A stretch of DNA of 64,000 nt from Lepidodermella squamata (taxonomy: Eukaryota > Animalia > Gastrotricha), in the NCBI GenBank assembly GCA_047495785.1, contig JBLDXI010000004.1, positions 372,001 through 436,000 of the forward strand. Reading direction: 5' to 3'. A program made the translations under genes and the position numbers. Numbering within the stretch: position 1 is the first letter of the stretch; each line of letters starts with the position of its first letter. This document shows positions 12,822-25,979 of this stretch, one piece after another. Below the pieces are notes generated by a model that had not been told where the DNA came from, ran no database searches, and saw only the letters and a program-made list of their open reading frames with translations.

Positions 12822-13481
12822 ATGATACCAAGAAGATTTTCTCACAGAATATTTTCCAGCACCGGTTGGGCAAACTTCGAGACAGCTGCCGCCACTGGCC
12901 GAATCGTAACACATTGAAATGGCCTGTAATCTCATTCTCGCAACCGGTAACACTTTGGGTCAATAAACTTTCTTACCCCATTCTCGCACTCGCTTTTTGT
13001 CGTAAAAATGGTTTGGCCGCGAGTCTGTTGCAATATTATAGTTTCAACATTATAATTGGATTATAGGTCGGAAAATAAAGCTACGCTGTTTCCATCGCAT
13101 ATTGACGGGGTTTTTATGCACCCTAAGAATGCGGGCTTCGACCAGTCATAACAGCGGTGGTGTGGATACATGGCAGGGGGAGCTATCGGGCCATGCATAT
13201 TGACAGAATGAAATCGAATTTCAAATCACCTACCTGAAATGCAATCGTTCAGAGTGTTGAATGTAGCCCCTGGTAGGCTTCCGCTAGGACAAGTTGCAGG
13301 CATTGGTTGACACGAGGCAAAATTGTAAGATGTTCCATCGACGCAGAGCAAATGCGGCTTCTAAAAGTAGAATAACAGAAAATAGATCCAGTAAAACTTT
13401 GGATCCCATTGAGAGATATGAACTCAAATTCTCACCTGTGAGTTCAAACATTCAACATACAGGGTGTTCGCGTAATGATAC

Positions 13482-16400
13482 TGTTGGGGCCCGAGTCCGA
13501 ATTCGGCCCGGCCGCGTTCGGGTCAGCCCGTACGGGTCAGCCCGTTATCTTCCAGGTCCACCTGCCAAGCTGGTCGGCTCTGCAGCCGGTGATTTTGTCT
13601 ACAACTGTACTGATTATCTGACTTCATTATTCTATGAATCAATATTCCGTTGATCAAGCGTTACAACCTTAATAAAATAACCCTTCAAAATAACCCCAAC
13701 TACTAACTTTCCTGTTGTTTGTTGTTTAGGTTTTATAAATAATTATGAGCATCATCGTTGACGAACATCGTCAGCTGTTCAATGAACAGTTGGAGAAGAT
13801 TCGTGAGAAAGCGGGCGATAATCACGCGCTATTCAACCGTCAACAACTAGCGGCGAAAATCGAAGAAACGAAAAACGCCCACAACAAGCGCGAGACTTCT
13901 CTCGACCGCCGCCGCGACCATCGCTACCTGGTCCACGTCGTCGATGGTACTGAACGACTTGTTGATCGAAAGGCTTACGAAAGCGAGCAGCGGGTGTTAT
14001 TCTACTATCCCATCGAAGACTTCTACGATGTAAGTTCAAAAATCAGGTTTGGTAGTTTTCGGTTTTTTACCTGGTTAGATCTAATTTATCGGCATTTTTT
14101 TATCTATTCACAAGAGACATATTTGATAGCTATTATCGTGATTTATTCAATTTTTTTTACCCTTTCCGTGTATTTCCTATGCTTGCGTTACTTATGGGAC
14201 ACGCAGGTTTTTTTACAAAAAAATTTTCTCAATTTTTTCATATTATTTTTAATATGCAGATCATTGATATGGCTCATGGTGAAAACCATCGGGGCTATAG
14301 AAGAACCTACGAGCAATTGAAGGACAAATGCGCCAACATTACGCGGCAGGCTTGCGAGCTGTACGTCGAAACCTGCGAAACATGCGATCGCCGTCGAAAG
14401 CCGAAAACGACCAAGGTTGTGGTACGACCGTCGAGACCGAAGCGGTTTCTCGAGCGAGGTCAGGCTGACCTTATCGGTGAGTTTATTTTTTTTCGTTTTT
14501 TTTATCAGCTTTTTCATAAATTAAGACGTGAGTTCTAACTTTTTAATATTTTTTGCAGACATGACTCGGAAACCAGATGATTCTAACGCAAACCCCGGAT
14601 CTCCTTACGTCTATATTTTGTGTTTTATCGATCTGTTGACAAAATTTTGCTTCCTGCGTCCTTTGATTGCGAAATCCAAGGAAGTTGTAGCGGGTGTTCT
14701 TGTCGATATTTTCAGCATAATCGGCTGTCCAACAATTTTGCACGTGAGTATTACCCTTCTCGCGCTTATTTACAATTTTGCTAATTTTTTTATTATATTT
14801 TAATTTTTTTATATAAAATTGATTAAATTTTAATCCAATTTTGTTTTTCTCTAGTGTGACAACGGCAAAGAATTCACAAATGCGCAGCTGGTGAAACGCG
14901 TAAACGAGTTGAACCCTGTTGGTAGAATTGTCCATGGTCGACCTCGACACAGTCAATCTCAAGGATGGTGGGTATTTTTAATTCGTCGTGGGCTCTTTGA
15001 TTTTAATTCGGGTTATTTTAGAATTCTAGCATCAAAATTTTAATCTTTTGAATATTTTTTTAATTTTTAATAAATTACTTTCATTTAATAGCGTGGAGCG
15101 GCTAAACGAAAAGATCAACGATGCTGTTGCGGCTACTCAGCTGGACAATGGCTCCTATCGTTGGGTGGCGAAACTTCCCGCTATTCAACTCGCTGTCAAC
15201 ACCACTTGGCACGTCGCAATCGGTACAACTCCGTACGAGGCGCTTTTCGGACTTCCACCGTGCCGCGGCCTTTTCTCTGTACAAGGCATCCCGTTCGACG
15301 TTGTACCCACCATTGACTCGGAGAAGGACCTGAAGCGCGTGTTGCAATCCGAAAGTGGTGAGTATCCGAATTTTCCGGATTTTTGCTCGAGCTAGTTTTG
15401 AAGCATTTCTGTGTCGCCAATAAATTAAATAGGTTCCGAGAGGTTAATAGGTTAGGTGTCAGGGTTCGGTTAGGGTTCAAGGCTAAGTTTAGACTTGGGT
15501 TTCGGGTTTTTTACGAAGTTCGATTATTGAGCCCTTGCACTTTCATTTTCTTGCGGAAAAATTTACAACTATTATTCCAGTAAGTATTCCAGTTCGAAAG
15601 TATTCAAAACAGTGTATGAAAGATTGCTCCTTAAAATTGGTTTCATTTTTCTCAGAATTTTTCAATTTATTTATCCGCGACCTTACCCGAAAAAATCAAA
15701 ATTTACCGGAGAAAATCAGGGAATTCCGATGGTAACCTTTCCGTTTGGTCTGGTCATTTTTAGGTTAGACTAAATTTCTCCGAAATTTTTTAATCCCATT
15801 AAAAAGTGGCATCCTAAATTGCTTCTCTCGCGATTTATTTTTAAGGTGGAATTTTCCCTAAAAATTTAATTTGTCCCAACATCCTATTTTTATTTCTCCT
15901 ATTTTTAGACGCTTCTGACGATGATTCCGACGAAGAATGCTTGCAAATGGAAGCTACCCCGGCTAAAGTCGCGAAAATTGCTCCTCTCGTCGATTCCCAG
16001 CTCGCACAGGTTTTCAGCGCCTGGTCTAACGAAGGTCCCAGCGTCGACGAGGCCCATCAAAATCACATCAGCACCGTGCCATCTGCTTCGGCTTCCGGCG
16101 TGAGCGGTCAACCGTCGAACAAATCGAAGCCTCTGCAATCGATCGATTTGCCAAGCTACTCGAATGAATCATCGTCTCACCAAAATCCCGAAGACGTTCA
16201 TCGCGATCCCGTTCTTCGTGACATTTTGACCGACGATTGCGTCGCTTATATCGCCCCCATCGCTCGTCCTGTCTTGGAAGCACCTTCTAGCCTTGCGACT
16301 ATCGGACCGGTTGAAATGGCTCAACTGTCATCCGCCCGATCATCGGCCCGCTCAGCCTCCAGCTCGTCCGCTGTCTCTTCAACCAGCATCTCGGCTGTTC

Positions 16401-17712
16401 TCCATCTATGCAATAATTGCAGCAGCCGAGAGACGACTGAAGATCTATGCGATCTTTGCTTACATCAGCAAAGTCAGGCCGAAGTTCGGGTTGCTGCTTC
16501 TAGCAACCTGAACAAGCAAGCCGATCGAATGTTGACGGCCGTTCGTCGAAAATACCCCGTGTTGGAAGTTGGAACCCGGGTTGCCGTACCGATCCCGAAA
16601 GAAGATCGGCACCACACTGAACCGCGGCGCCTAATCGGAGTGGTCATGCGAATCGGCGACTACGGCGATTATATTATTGGAACTGAACACGGTGTAATTT
16701 CTCGCAGCTTCATGCGGCACGAAGTCGAGCCGATCAAATCATCCAACCTAACAATTGACAAGGTGCCTGCAGACAAGGGGCTCACCTTGCGAACGGCAGC
16801 TGCAAAGGCCGGCGCTGATGCTGGTGTCACAACTGCAAAGCCGTGCCAGTGTCGAACGGCGTGCGACAAGCGGTACTGTCCTTGCAAGAACAACGGCCGC
16901 CTCTGCCAGTCCCGGTGCCACTCGGCTAGGACTTGCGCTAACAAGTGATGCATTGCTTTCTATATCTGATTTTTCTATGTTAAAGATGTTTATATCTGCC
17001 GCAATTTTCATTGTAAGCATGAATATTTCTAGCATTGCTATCCATTGTTGAGTCGTCTAAATATTTCTGATGTGAAAAAATGTTTCGCACTTGCATTTAT
17101 TTATCAAATTTCTAAAAATCTCTAAAAATTTGTGAACTCAGTGTAACTTTTCATTCACATTTGCATAACGGATATAACCTGATGCCTGATGCTTCAGTTC
17201 TTTTGAGTTTCATGAATTGATGTTGTGAAAAAAATCGCTATTACAATCCTTCCATCTGTTCAATCATCGCCATGCCTTACATTGAAACGGGAAATTATAC
17301 TGTTTAGTGGAAATTGACATTCATTTATATCAATAAAAAGCCGGTACTCTGCTACGAATTCCAAACAGTCAGTTTTGTGTTTGGCCGCGCCCAGGTAATA
17401 AACTATGTTGTAGGACGGCAACTAGCAGGCGACAAAATTCCGGCGGCCCGAGCCCGGCGGCCCGAGTGCGGCGTGCGCGAGCGCTGAACAATAGCGCTGG
17501 TTCCCATTGTTCTCCGCCGTGCTCGGGCTAACACCTCGGCCGGCCCGTGTGCAGTGAAGCGGAATTCGTTGAAATTCGTTAAATTTACAGTAAACGTCGC
17601 ATACGGGTAAATTTTAAACCGGCCCGAGCGCGGAGTGGTAAAGTGCTGTTACCCGGCCGCGTACGGGCTGACCCGAACGCGTACGGGTAGAAATCGGGCT
17701 CGGGCCCCAACA
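13482..17712 (+). mobile_element. Ginger-type (integrase) DNA transposon, full length
   Basis: TGTTGGGGCCCGAG...CTCGGGCCCCAACA termini, 4-bp TSD ATAC (13478-81, 17713-16), internal integrase gene, no RT or LTR. Confidence 0.85.
13745..16948 (+). CDS. Ginger/KRBA2-like integrase transposase, 6 exons, 701 aa
   Basis: Exons 13745-14029, 14260-14476, 14559-14743, 14855-14967, 15092-15357, 15909-16948 join in frame (2106 nt). HHCC (AHGENH..CETC), D (QADLID), D (HCDNGKEF), E (SQGCVER), TPYEALFG, C-terminal Cys cluster CQCRTAC..CPC..CQSRCH..C. Confidence 0.88.
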
Positions 17713-18693
17713 ATACTCTTCTAAAAATAGCTTTGCTACTTTTTGCATTCATTTCAGCTTTTTTGTAGCTATTTTTAGCTCACCCAGAGTATTATTACGC
17801 GAACACCCTGTAATTGCTTGCGAAATCAGCATTGGATCGGAACATTGATAGCTGCCAGCAACAACATTCAATAAATAAAATTTTACTTGTTGTTCAAACA
17901 GAAATAAAAAAGGACCCACCACAGTCATCGGGGGCGGGCATGTGTTACTGAAAACTGGTCCAGAGGCAGTAGAGCATAAACTTGCCGGCTACGGTAAAAA
18001 AAATATTATCGCGTAATAAATACGTAAATTTGATGGGACTCACGCCAACGAGACAGTGAGGCTTGTCGATGTAGGTAGCACTGCGATCAAACTGTTCATT
18101 GATTGGGAAAAATCAACCTGGACAAATGTTATCAATCGAATGAGCCAACCTGTGCCGTGTTGCACGGCGTCGACTGACAACCTAGGAAAGATCGGTCGCT
18201 CTTTAGAATGCATCGAAAGTGCGGTTGAAAGTCAGCATCGTTTCGCGTTACTGTAAGGGGATGAGTTATCAAGTATTTTAGAGATCGAAGTTATGACAAG
18301 CCGATTCGAAATGACGCACTTTTTTGCTCTCTCATGCAGGAAATAGTCGATGGTCGAGTGCCAAGCAGCTTCTAAGATTAGAAAATAACTTGACAGAAAT
18401 TGGAGTGGATTATTGAAAAAATAAATTGTATTGGCAACAGCAGCAGCATAGCTGCTACAGTAGCGCCGGGGGAACCCATTTGACACCTTTCTTCGAATTC
18501 CTAAACCTTAAACAGTGTATTGTTTACACGTGGATAACATTGTTATTTATGAGTCGTTAGACGAGTAAACTCAACAAAAAAGTTCGAGTTACGTGTTACT
18601 TCCTTAGCTGTTAGAGTCTTGTCGTATATAACGAGATTGATAATACTTGATGTGTAAACACTACACTTTGCTGCTGTCGCATTATATACGTGG

Positions 18694-18998
18694 GGGGCAG
18701 TAGCTCGTTCGAAACCGTGTGCTTCGATGCTGCGGAGTCAATGATTTCCACTTTCGTGGCTCTGAGACCACGCCGTCATGACGCCGTCGTGCTCATACGG
18801 CAGCAGCAACGCAACAAGCCGACTTCCACGCGTCAACTTTCGGCCACGACTGTCGAGGAAAACACCGTTAAAGCCTCATTGACTAGGACCGAGTCTAATG
18901 CAACTTCCGGCGACACCATGGTTGCCTCAGAGCAACGAAACTGGAAATCGTTGACTCCGGAGCATCCAAGCACACGGTTTCGAACGAGCTACTGCCCC
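18694..18998. mobile_element. Palindromic MITE (PIF/Harbinger-like GGGGC ends)
   Basis: ~55-bp TIR GGGGCAGTAGCTCGTTCGAAACCGTGTGCTT..; right end followed by TTA. Confidence 0.65.
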
Positions 18999-19001
18999 TT
19001 A

Positions 19002-19717
19002 TGGTGCGTCCACAAACTAACTTCGGAGAGGGTGACTTCGGAGACCGAACTTAAAACTTCGGAACACTCAAGCCGCAGGGTAGACACAACGTTTTTTCAA
19101 TTTCACTTGAATTCTCAAAATTCCTGAATAATAAGATGCGAAATGCGACGGCGATAACAAAAAGCTGAATTTCGACGCGAAATTCACCATTTTTTCAGAC
19201 TAAATCAGGAATTAAATTGATTTTTTTTTCAACGCGCACTATAAGCTATTTTTAAGGGCGCCCGATAATTTCTATAATATTGCAATTTTTTGTGAAAACA
19301 AGGATTTTACTACTCGCGTTTTATATAATTGAAAGGTACGTCATTTTCGTCAATTATAGTCAATAATACGAATTAATGATGCCACAGGAACAGCTAATTT
19401 ATGTCGTCGCCCTACCTCGCGCGGTCAAGTGGCCGTACGTAGTAACGTAGTAACGTAGTAATTGCGTACGTAGTAACTTCGGACACACACAAACTTCGGT
19501 TCGGAGACGCTTCGGAGAGCAGTTGTGGGGCTCTCCGAACCGAAGTTTGTGCGCGTCCTTTGTTCAGTGCGCGCGCGCCGCCCATTGTTCTCACTTCGGG
19601 CGCGCAGTCCGAAGTGCGCGCGTTTGTGAACGAAAATCTCAAACTTCGGTCAGCGATTACGAAACTTCGGAGGCTAAAACTTCGGACGCGTCTCCGAAGC
19701 AGTTTGTGAACGTAACA
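19002..19717. mobile_element. PIF/Harbinger MITE with AACTTCGG subterminal repeats
   Basis: Imperfect TIRs TGGTGCGTCCACAAACT / AGTTTGTGAACGTAACA, TTA on both flanks. Confidence 0.7.
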
Positions 19718-20019
19718 TTACGTATGTAATGCAAATTATGCCGCATTTTTACGGGGCCTTCACGGCAAATTTTCGTAAGACTTCGTAAAAATTCGGCAAG
19801 CGGCAAGAAAAGCTGCGGTAAAACACATGGGTTCTGAACGAGCTGTCCTGCACCACTTCGTTGTTTACACTATTCGAAATTCTGACATTCACGACGGCAT
19901 AAACTTGGGCTAAGGTTTACGTTTTTTTCGTATGACGTGGGCTTGTATGATGTGAGCGCTGTGTAAACTAAACTAAAAATCGCGAAGCAAGAAGCAATTA
20001 TTTTCCGTCCGTGCCCAAC

Positions 20020-20475
20020 GGTTTACCCGGCAGTTTACGGTTCCAGTGGCTAGTGGTTGGAATGACTTCTTAGGCCTTAGGCTGGTAGTCATCGACTGAA
20101 AATTGCATTACGTAGGCGTGTACGCGTGTACGTAGGCGTGTAGCCAAGCATTGCACACGCATTGCACATGTGCGCATACAAACAAACAAACAAACAAACA
20201 AACAAACAAACAAAGATGTCCACGACACAGGTTTACCCGGCAATTTAAGGTTCCAGTGGCTAGTGGTTGAAATGACTTCTTTTTTGGCTCTGGAGTGATG
20301 TAGGCGGGTAGTCTTGGTTTGCACATTGCGTTATGTAGGCGTGTACGTAGGCGTGTAGTCGATTGGCGTGTACGTAGGCGTGTAGTCGATTGGCGTGTAC
20401 GTAGGCGTGTAGTCAAGCATTGCACATGGGTGCATACAAACAAACAAACAAAGAAACAAAGATGTCCACGACACG
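20020..20475. repeat. Two tandem ~210-250-bp units with (CAAA)n microsatellite and GGCGTGTACGTA minisatellite
   Basis: ggtttacccggca..ggttccagtggctagtggttg at ~20020 and ~20230; (CAAA)n ~20178-20214. Confidence 0.75.
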
Positions 20476-20642
20476 AACGGCGACAGTACGGGGGTTCCCC
20501 CGGCATTACAAAAACTTTTACATGAAATTAATTTTAAAATTTAAAATAAGGGCTCGAAGCCTAACCACAGGGGGGGGACCCTTATGATATTTTCCCTGGC
20601 TCCTGCGGAAACTTGAGCGATATAAGGGGAGACTCTTACCTA

Positions 20643-21544
20643 CAGGGTATAATACCGACCGGTTTTTTTGTTGAAAAAACCACCCACCGGTATAAACCGG
20701 TTTAAACCGGTGAAAAAAACCGGTTTTTTTTATAAATGCTAAAATCACTCAAATGTCATATTTGACATAGCCAAAGCTCGCTAGCACTTAGTCCTATAGA
20801 GATTTGGACTGCACCACGTGAATCTACGTGAAAAACTGCATAGTTTGACATATCACACGGCCATTTTTCTCACCCGGAAGAAAAATTATTTTTAGTGCAA
20901 TAAAGCAATAAAAAAATTAAAAAAAACGCAGTTATCTCCGGAAGTATGATGACTACTAAAATTCTGAAAACGGATTCTGATCCGCCGTAAAAAGTTACCC
21001 CTCCGGGGTTTCTAAGGGGGGTTTCGAAGACAAAGGAAGCGGTTTTGCCGGTTTCATTTGAAAATTTCAACATGAAAGGTCTAAAACCGCCTAATTATAC
21101 CCTTCCGGAAGTAAAACTGATTTCACGATAGTTGCCTTACTATGATCGATATTGCCATAAAAATTTGGGATCTAGGCTAGAATTTGCCGCTGAACACGAT
21201 GGTGACATCGAATCACCCGCATCAGGTATCGCATATCGATTATCGATTATTGGTAACTGATCGAGTGATCGATTTTTTAAAATTTAGTCAAATCGATTCT
21301 ATGTGATACAGTGTAGTCTTTCTAGAGTATTTCAGCTGTACGGTATTGATCCTGGGGACATAATGACTCTTAGACGACTTCTGGGCATTTGTTATATATG
21401 AAAATGTGAGCTTTTTTGCGTGAAAACACCCCAAAAACAGCTTTTTGAAAAAACCGCGGTTTTTTCAGGCCCTAAAAAAACCGGTATAAACCGGTACCAG
21501 TTTAAACCGGTTTATACTGGTTGGAGTTTAAACCGAATACCCTG
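20643..21544. mobile_element. Non-autonomous hAT element (family 1, copy 1)
   Basis: CAGGGTAT...ATACCCTG ends, AAACCGG subterminal repeats, perfect 8-bp TSD CTTACCTA; closely similar copy at 33424. Confidence 0.9.
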
Positions 21545-22941
21545 CTTACCTATATCCCTCTTTCGGCAAAATGTTCATCTTCTACACTGATTTTTGTGAA
21601 TAAAAATTCAGTCAGCTAATGTTAACGATAGTGAAAAAGATCAACTCACTCCATTGTTCGGACAAGGGCCATCGACCGGAATACAAGTCCGCTGACCATT
21701 TTTGTCGCAGAGCTTCGCTTTCGAATTCTATAGCAAATGTCACTAATATGTGTGAAGCGCAAGGTTCAGGCATTCAGACCAAGAAATTTTTTATTGTTGA
21801 CCGGCACTGGTTGTACTGATTTTGAAAGACAGTGCCGAGAAATTCTGCCGTCTTTCGAATAAAAGTGTTTTAAAAAATGACATATTTCACTGATTTTCAA
21901 CAAACTTGAACTTCGTTTGTTTTGTCGCAGCCGAGATTGCGCGGGATACAACGCATAGTGATTGTTTTAAAGTTGAAGCAGCTGCGGGCAGACTAGTAGA
22001 AACAAAAATTATTTGTTTTTAAAGCGAATTTATTGATATACTCACTCCGGACGAACAGGCTTCAACTGACGGCAATCCAAGGCCAAGCTATCATTGATAG
22101 TAGATAAAATGAAACGAAAATTGCCATCTTAAAGGTGAATAACCTGAACTTCATCAAGAAGAGAGCAGTTGCCTTTGCAGCCGGTGAATGAATCGTCGAG
22201 ACGCGAGAAGCAGCGTTTGACATCTGCACCCAGAGCCATATGAGCACAAGTTAACATGAAAAATACCCGCAAAACAGAAGCCATGAAGTTAGGTTCTAGG
22301 AAAAAAAATCAAAATAAATGTGAAAATACAAGAATGGCTTCGAATGATTAGTCAACCTTGATTTCAATTGCTTAGCTCATTAGAGGTGAACAGGGCGGCT
22401 ATCGAGAATTAGCTGAGCACGCGACTGGTATTGCGCAACGGTTAATAGACAAAAATCAGACCACATCTATCACGTTTTAAATAATTGATTGAGTTTCAGC
22501 CTGGTTTCAGACAAAGGACAATAAACAAAATCAGGTTTTTGTCTTGTTCGACTTGATTGAATTATGCGTATCCTCAATTTTTTCAAGGACAATAGACATT
22601 GGACAACTTGCAACAGAATTATACGGCCAAAGTGAGGCTTTCGTCCTATTTTCAAAAAAGACGAAGCGGACCCATCAATTAGGGGCGATTAGCATGGTCC
22701 GCTGAACACAACGACATTTTATTTTAGCGTTTCGCGGTATGAAATTATAGAAAGCGTGGTCTCCAAAAGAGCTTGCTTGTCGTGAAATAATGTTTATTCA
22801 GCCCTGTTGAGGCAAATTTGTAACATTTATTAGAGAATTTATTTTAAATTAAACGAGACAGCCGTTTTATTCTCATTCACGGATTTTCGGAATGTTCATC
22901 AATCGATTAATCAATAGTCGGCAAAAGAGTTCAGGCGTATA

Positions 22942-24807
22942 TCATGCAGGTGAATACGTCTCACAAACAGCAGCGGCCGCACTTTGCGAACATCCGATCG
23001 ACACAAGAAAGACTAGCGAGCGACTTCTTTCAAGAATACCGTATTTACTTGAATAAAGGCCGCACTCCGAATAAAGGCCGCACGCGAATAATCGCCGCAA
23101 AATTGTGTTATTTAAAAAAAACAATCGAAATAAAGGCCGCACGCAATTAATCAGCGCAGCTCTAACACGCGCGGCACAGCATCATCGCGAGAGGTGAAAA
23201 TGTTCAATTATTTTTTTCAATTTTCAAATATTTTTTGTCGACGCCGAAGAAAATGCGAAAATGACGCCGAAACCGATCCAAACGAAGAAGATGAAATCGA
23301 AATTGAGTGACAATAATGAAATAGACAAGTTGCATTTGAAAAAAAAATCGTTTTTTTGGCTAAGAGAGGAAAATAAAGGCCGCACGCGAATAAAGACCGC
23401 ACTCGATTAATCGCCGCGTTTTTTTACCTTTTCTGAAAAATTAGGAAAATAATCGCCGCGGCCTCTATTCAAGTAAATACGGTAACACACCCAGAATCAG
23501 TTGGATTTCCGCTCTTCCAATCGCCAGAGATGAAGGAATAAGCCGCTCCATCATCCCAGGTTAGTTCAGAGTTGCCCGATCGTAACTGGCCAACCCAAGC
23601 TGTAGCAGCGCCCGCGAGGAGGGCGCTTTTAGTTGTCGCCATGTCACCGGATTCCTTCAGCATTGCGAGGCGACGTTGCAGGCTCATGCACCGATCGGCG
23701 GCTGCCTGCCTATTCATTCCCGCTCGAATCGTCAGCGATATTTGTTTATTGGCATTTATGCAACTGTTCTCGGTCGGGAATGAAATGGCGGGAGGGAAGC
23801 GAATTTCACCGGCCAAGCATTGACCGCCGTTGCTATCCGATCTGCTGGTCCGCGAGCCACCAGTCGCTTCGCATCGATAAAAACTGAACAGCAAACAATT
23901 GATGTAAAAATCCCAGAAAATCAAAAATGGAAGTTACTTGATTCTACAATCGGTGAAGTTGTCAAACAGAAGGCCGTTATGCCATGATATCTGTAATGCA
24001 ACAATGCAAATTAGCACATCTGGAATTTATTCAAAATTTACCGTATTTTGAGGGCAGACGAGCGAATTGGGGATGCAAATGACAGAAGATTTTGAGGCAA
24101 AATCAACGCATTTGATTTGGGGACCCTTCCGTTCGAAAATTCAGATAATTTTAATTTCCATTTAGCAATCATACCTGAATCAAAGTTTTACAAGCGGCGA
24201 AATTATCAAATAAAGAGTTGTTCCCGTATCCGATAGGTCCGAGCTTCAATAAGAAATGAAATGTAAAATTGATGAATTTTATTAGCTGAGCAGCCTTACA
24301 TCATATTTCTCAGCTCCTGTTGGACAGGATTCCGTACAGCTACCACCACTGCTAGCATCATAACAAAGCTGGATGGACTATTTTCGCAGAAATTCAGTTG
24401 GCTTCAAAGCGTCATGTGTCACAATTTACCCCTTTCTCGCAATCGCCTTTTGTCTCGTGGACGAGTGGGCTGATCGTCTATGAAGTGATTTTAATTCGAT
24501 ATTGAAAATTCAATAATTAGGGAAATTATACTAACGCCATCTCCATCGCAACTCGCCGGTGCGGGTTTGCAGCCAGAAAATTCCGGTTTCGACCAGTCGA
24601 AGCAACGGCGGTGTGGATACATGGCCAGTGGAGCTAACAAGACAAAACGCAATAATCTGGAAAAAAAATTACAAGCAAAACTTACCCGAACTGTGTGTTG
24701 AAAGTGGCTCCTGCAATACTTCCGTTCGGGCAAGGCTCGGCACTTGATACAAGGACACATTTCACCAGTTTGAACCATGTTCCATCGACACATATTTTGT
24801 GGGGCTT
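22942..24807 (-). pseudogene. Paralogue E, 3' half of a long-type gene
   Basis: Exons KPHKICVDG.., PLAMYPHRRCFDWSKPEFSGC.., SIQLCYDASSGGSC.., CTLD ..AWVGQ..LTWDDG..GNPTDSGCV|ILERS..CETYSPA* split by MITE 23039-23482; 5' exons not found. Confidence 0.8.
23039..23482. mobile_element. pogo/Tc2-type MITE, copy 1
   Basis: TA|CCGTATTTACTTGAATA...TATTCAAGTAAATACGG|TA; inverted copy, identical wherever compared, at 25536-25979. Confidence 0.9.
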
Positions 24808-25047
24808 TTGCTGTCGCTTTTTTTGCAACATTATTGGTTAGAAATGCGCTGAAAATGATTCGAATTGAAAATTATTGGATCGTGGATGAAGGTCAAACAA
24901 ACTCAATTCAACTAGCGGAGAGCCCATGTACATAAAACCACGACATGCTAAGTAGTAGATTCCCAGTATGTGATGCATAGTGTAGCAATATGTTTTTATT
25001 ATGGGTGTGTATTGAAACGTATAGTAGAATGGACTCCTTGGAAAAGC

Positions 25048-25292
25048 CAGTGTGCGACTTTCAGGGGGGGGGGGGATGGGGGGGATCATCCCCCCCCCCC
25101 CCCCCCCAGCTCGGCCGGGCCAGACAACAAAATGAGAATTTATCCCACTGTTTTGTTAATTTTGGAAGGTTCTGGGGCGTGTTTTAGTGGAAAATCTTCG
25201 ACATTTTAGTCAAAATGACTGGTCATTTTGGCAAAAACAGCAAACAAATTTTTTCCATCCCCGGGAGCTCGCGGATCGAAGATCGCACCCTG
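25048..25292. mobile_element. hAT-type MITE (family 2, copy 2)
   Basis: Same ends as 9204-9456; TSD GGAAAAGC/GGTAAAGC. Confidence 0.8.
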
Positions 25293-25535
25293 GGTAAAGC
25301 GTCGCTTTAAAAATGATTTGAAATTAACTTATAAGCTGTATCATCACTTCTATGATGTCAATTTTGACGACTTGTATGACTTTTCGAAATCAAATTACGC
25401 TAGCGAACACCGACTACGACCTTTCAAGTGTAAACGCGACTGCAAGAAATATTTTTTTATCAGAAGAACTATTAATTATTGGAACAAACTACCTGCTGAT
25501 GTCGTTTCTACCTCTTTACATGTTTTCAAAAAATA

Positions 25536-25979
25536 CCGTATTTACTTGAATAGAGGCCGCGGCGATTATTTTCCTAATTTTTCAGAAAAGGTAAAAAAAC
25601 GCGGCGATTAATCGAGTGCGGTCTTTATTCGCGTGCGGCCTTTATTTTCCTCTCTTAGCCAAAAAAACGATTTTTTTTTCAAATGCAACTTGTCTATTTC
25701 ATTATTGTCACTCAATTTCGATTTCATCTTCTTCGTTTGGATCGGTTTCGGCGTCATTTTCGCATTTTCTTCGGCGTCGACAAAAAATATTTGAAAATTG
25801 AAAAAAATAATTGAACATTTTCACCTCTCGCGATGATGCTGTGCCGCGCGTGTTAGAGCTGCGCTGATTAATTGCGTGCGGCCTTTATTTCGATTGTTTT
25901 TTTTAAATAACACAATTTTGCGGCGATTATTCGCGTGCGGCCTTTATTCGGAGTGCGGCCTTTATTCAAGTAAATACGG
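25536..25979. mobile_element. pogo/Tc2-type MITE, copy 2 (inverted relative to copy 1)
   Basis: TA TSD, CCGTATTTACTTGAA TIRs; same spurious 61-aa ORF as copy 1. Confidence 0.9.

Larger units (their letters stand above)
13460..17810. mobile_element. ~120-bp Tc1/mariner-type MITE, split by the Ginger insertion
   Basis: TA|CAGGGTGTTCGCGTAATGATACT ... AGTATTATTACGCGAACACCCTG|TA. Confidence 0.85.
10928..22284 (-). pseudogene. Paralogue D, long-type Cys-repeat/CTLD family, disrupted
   Basis: Exon 1 MASVLRVFFMLTCAHMALGADVKRCFSRLDDSFTGCKGNCSLLDEVQ; exon ASNY|VECLNSQ split by the 13460-17810 insertion; CTLD exon frameshifted at ~11140 (AWV to GASSGELRW..GNPTTDNC..CEKY). Confidence 0.8.

Noticed and set aside
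13460-17810. Tc1/mariner element encoding a retroviral-type integrase
   Set aside because: Inner TGT..ACA TIRs with ATAC TSD show nesting of two elements.
23217-25801. Duplicated 61-aa ORF as a gene pair
   Set aside because: Lies inside the two MITE copies; no coding features.
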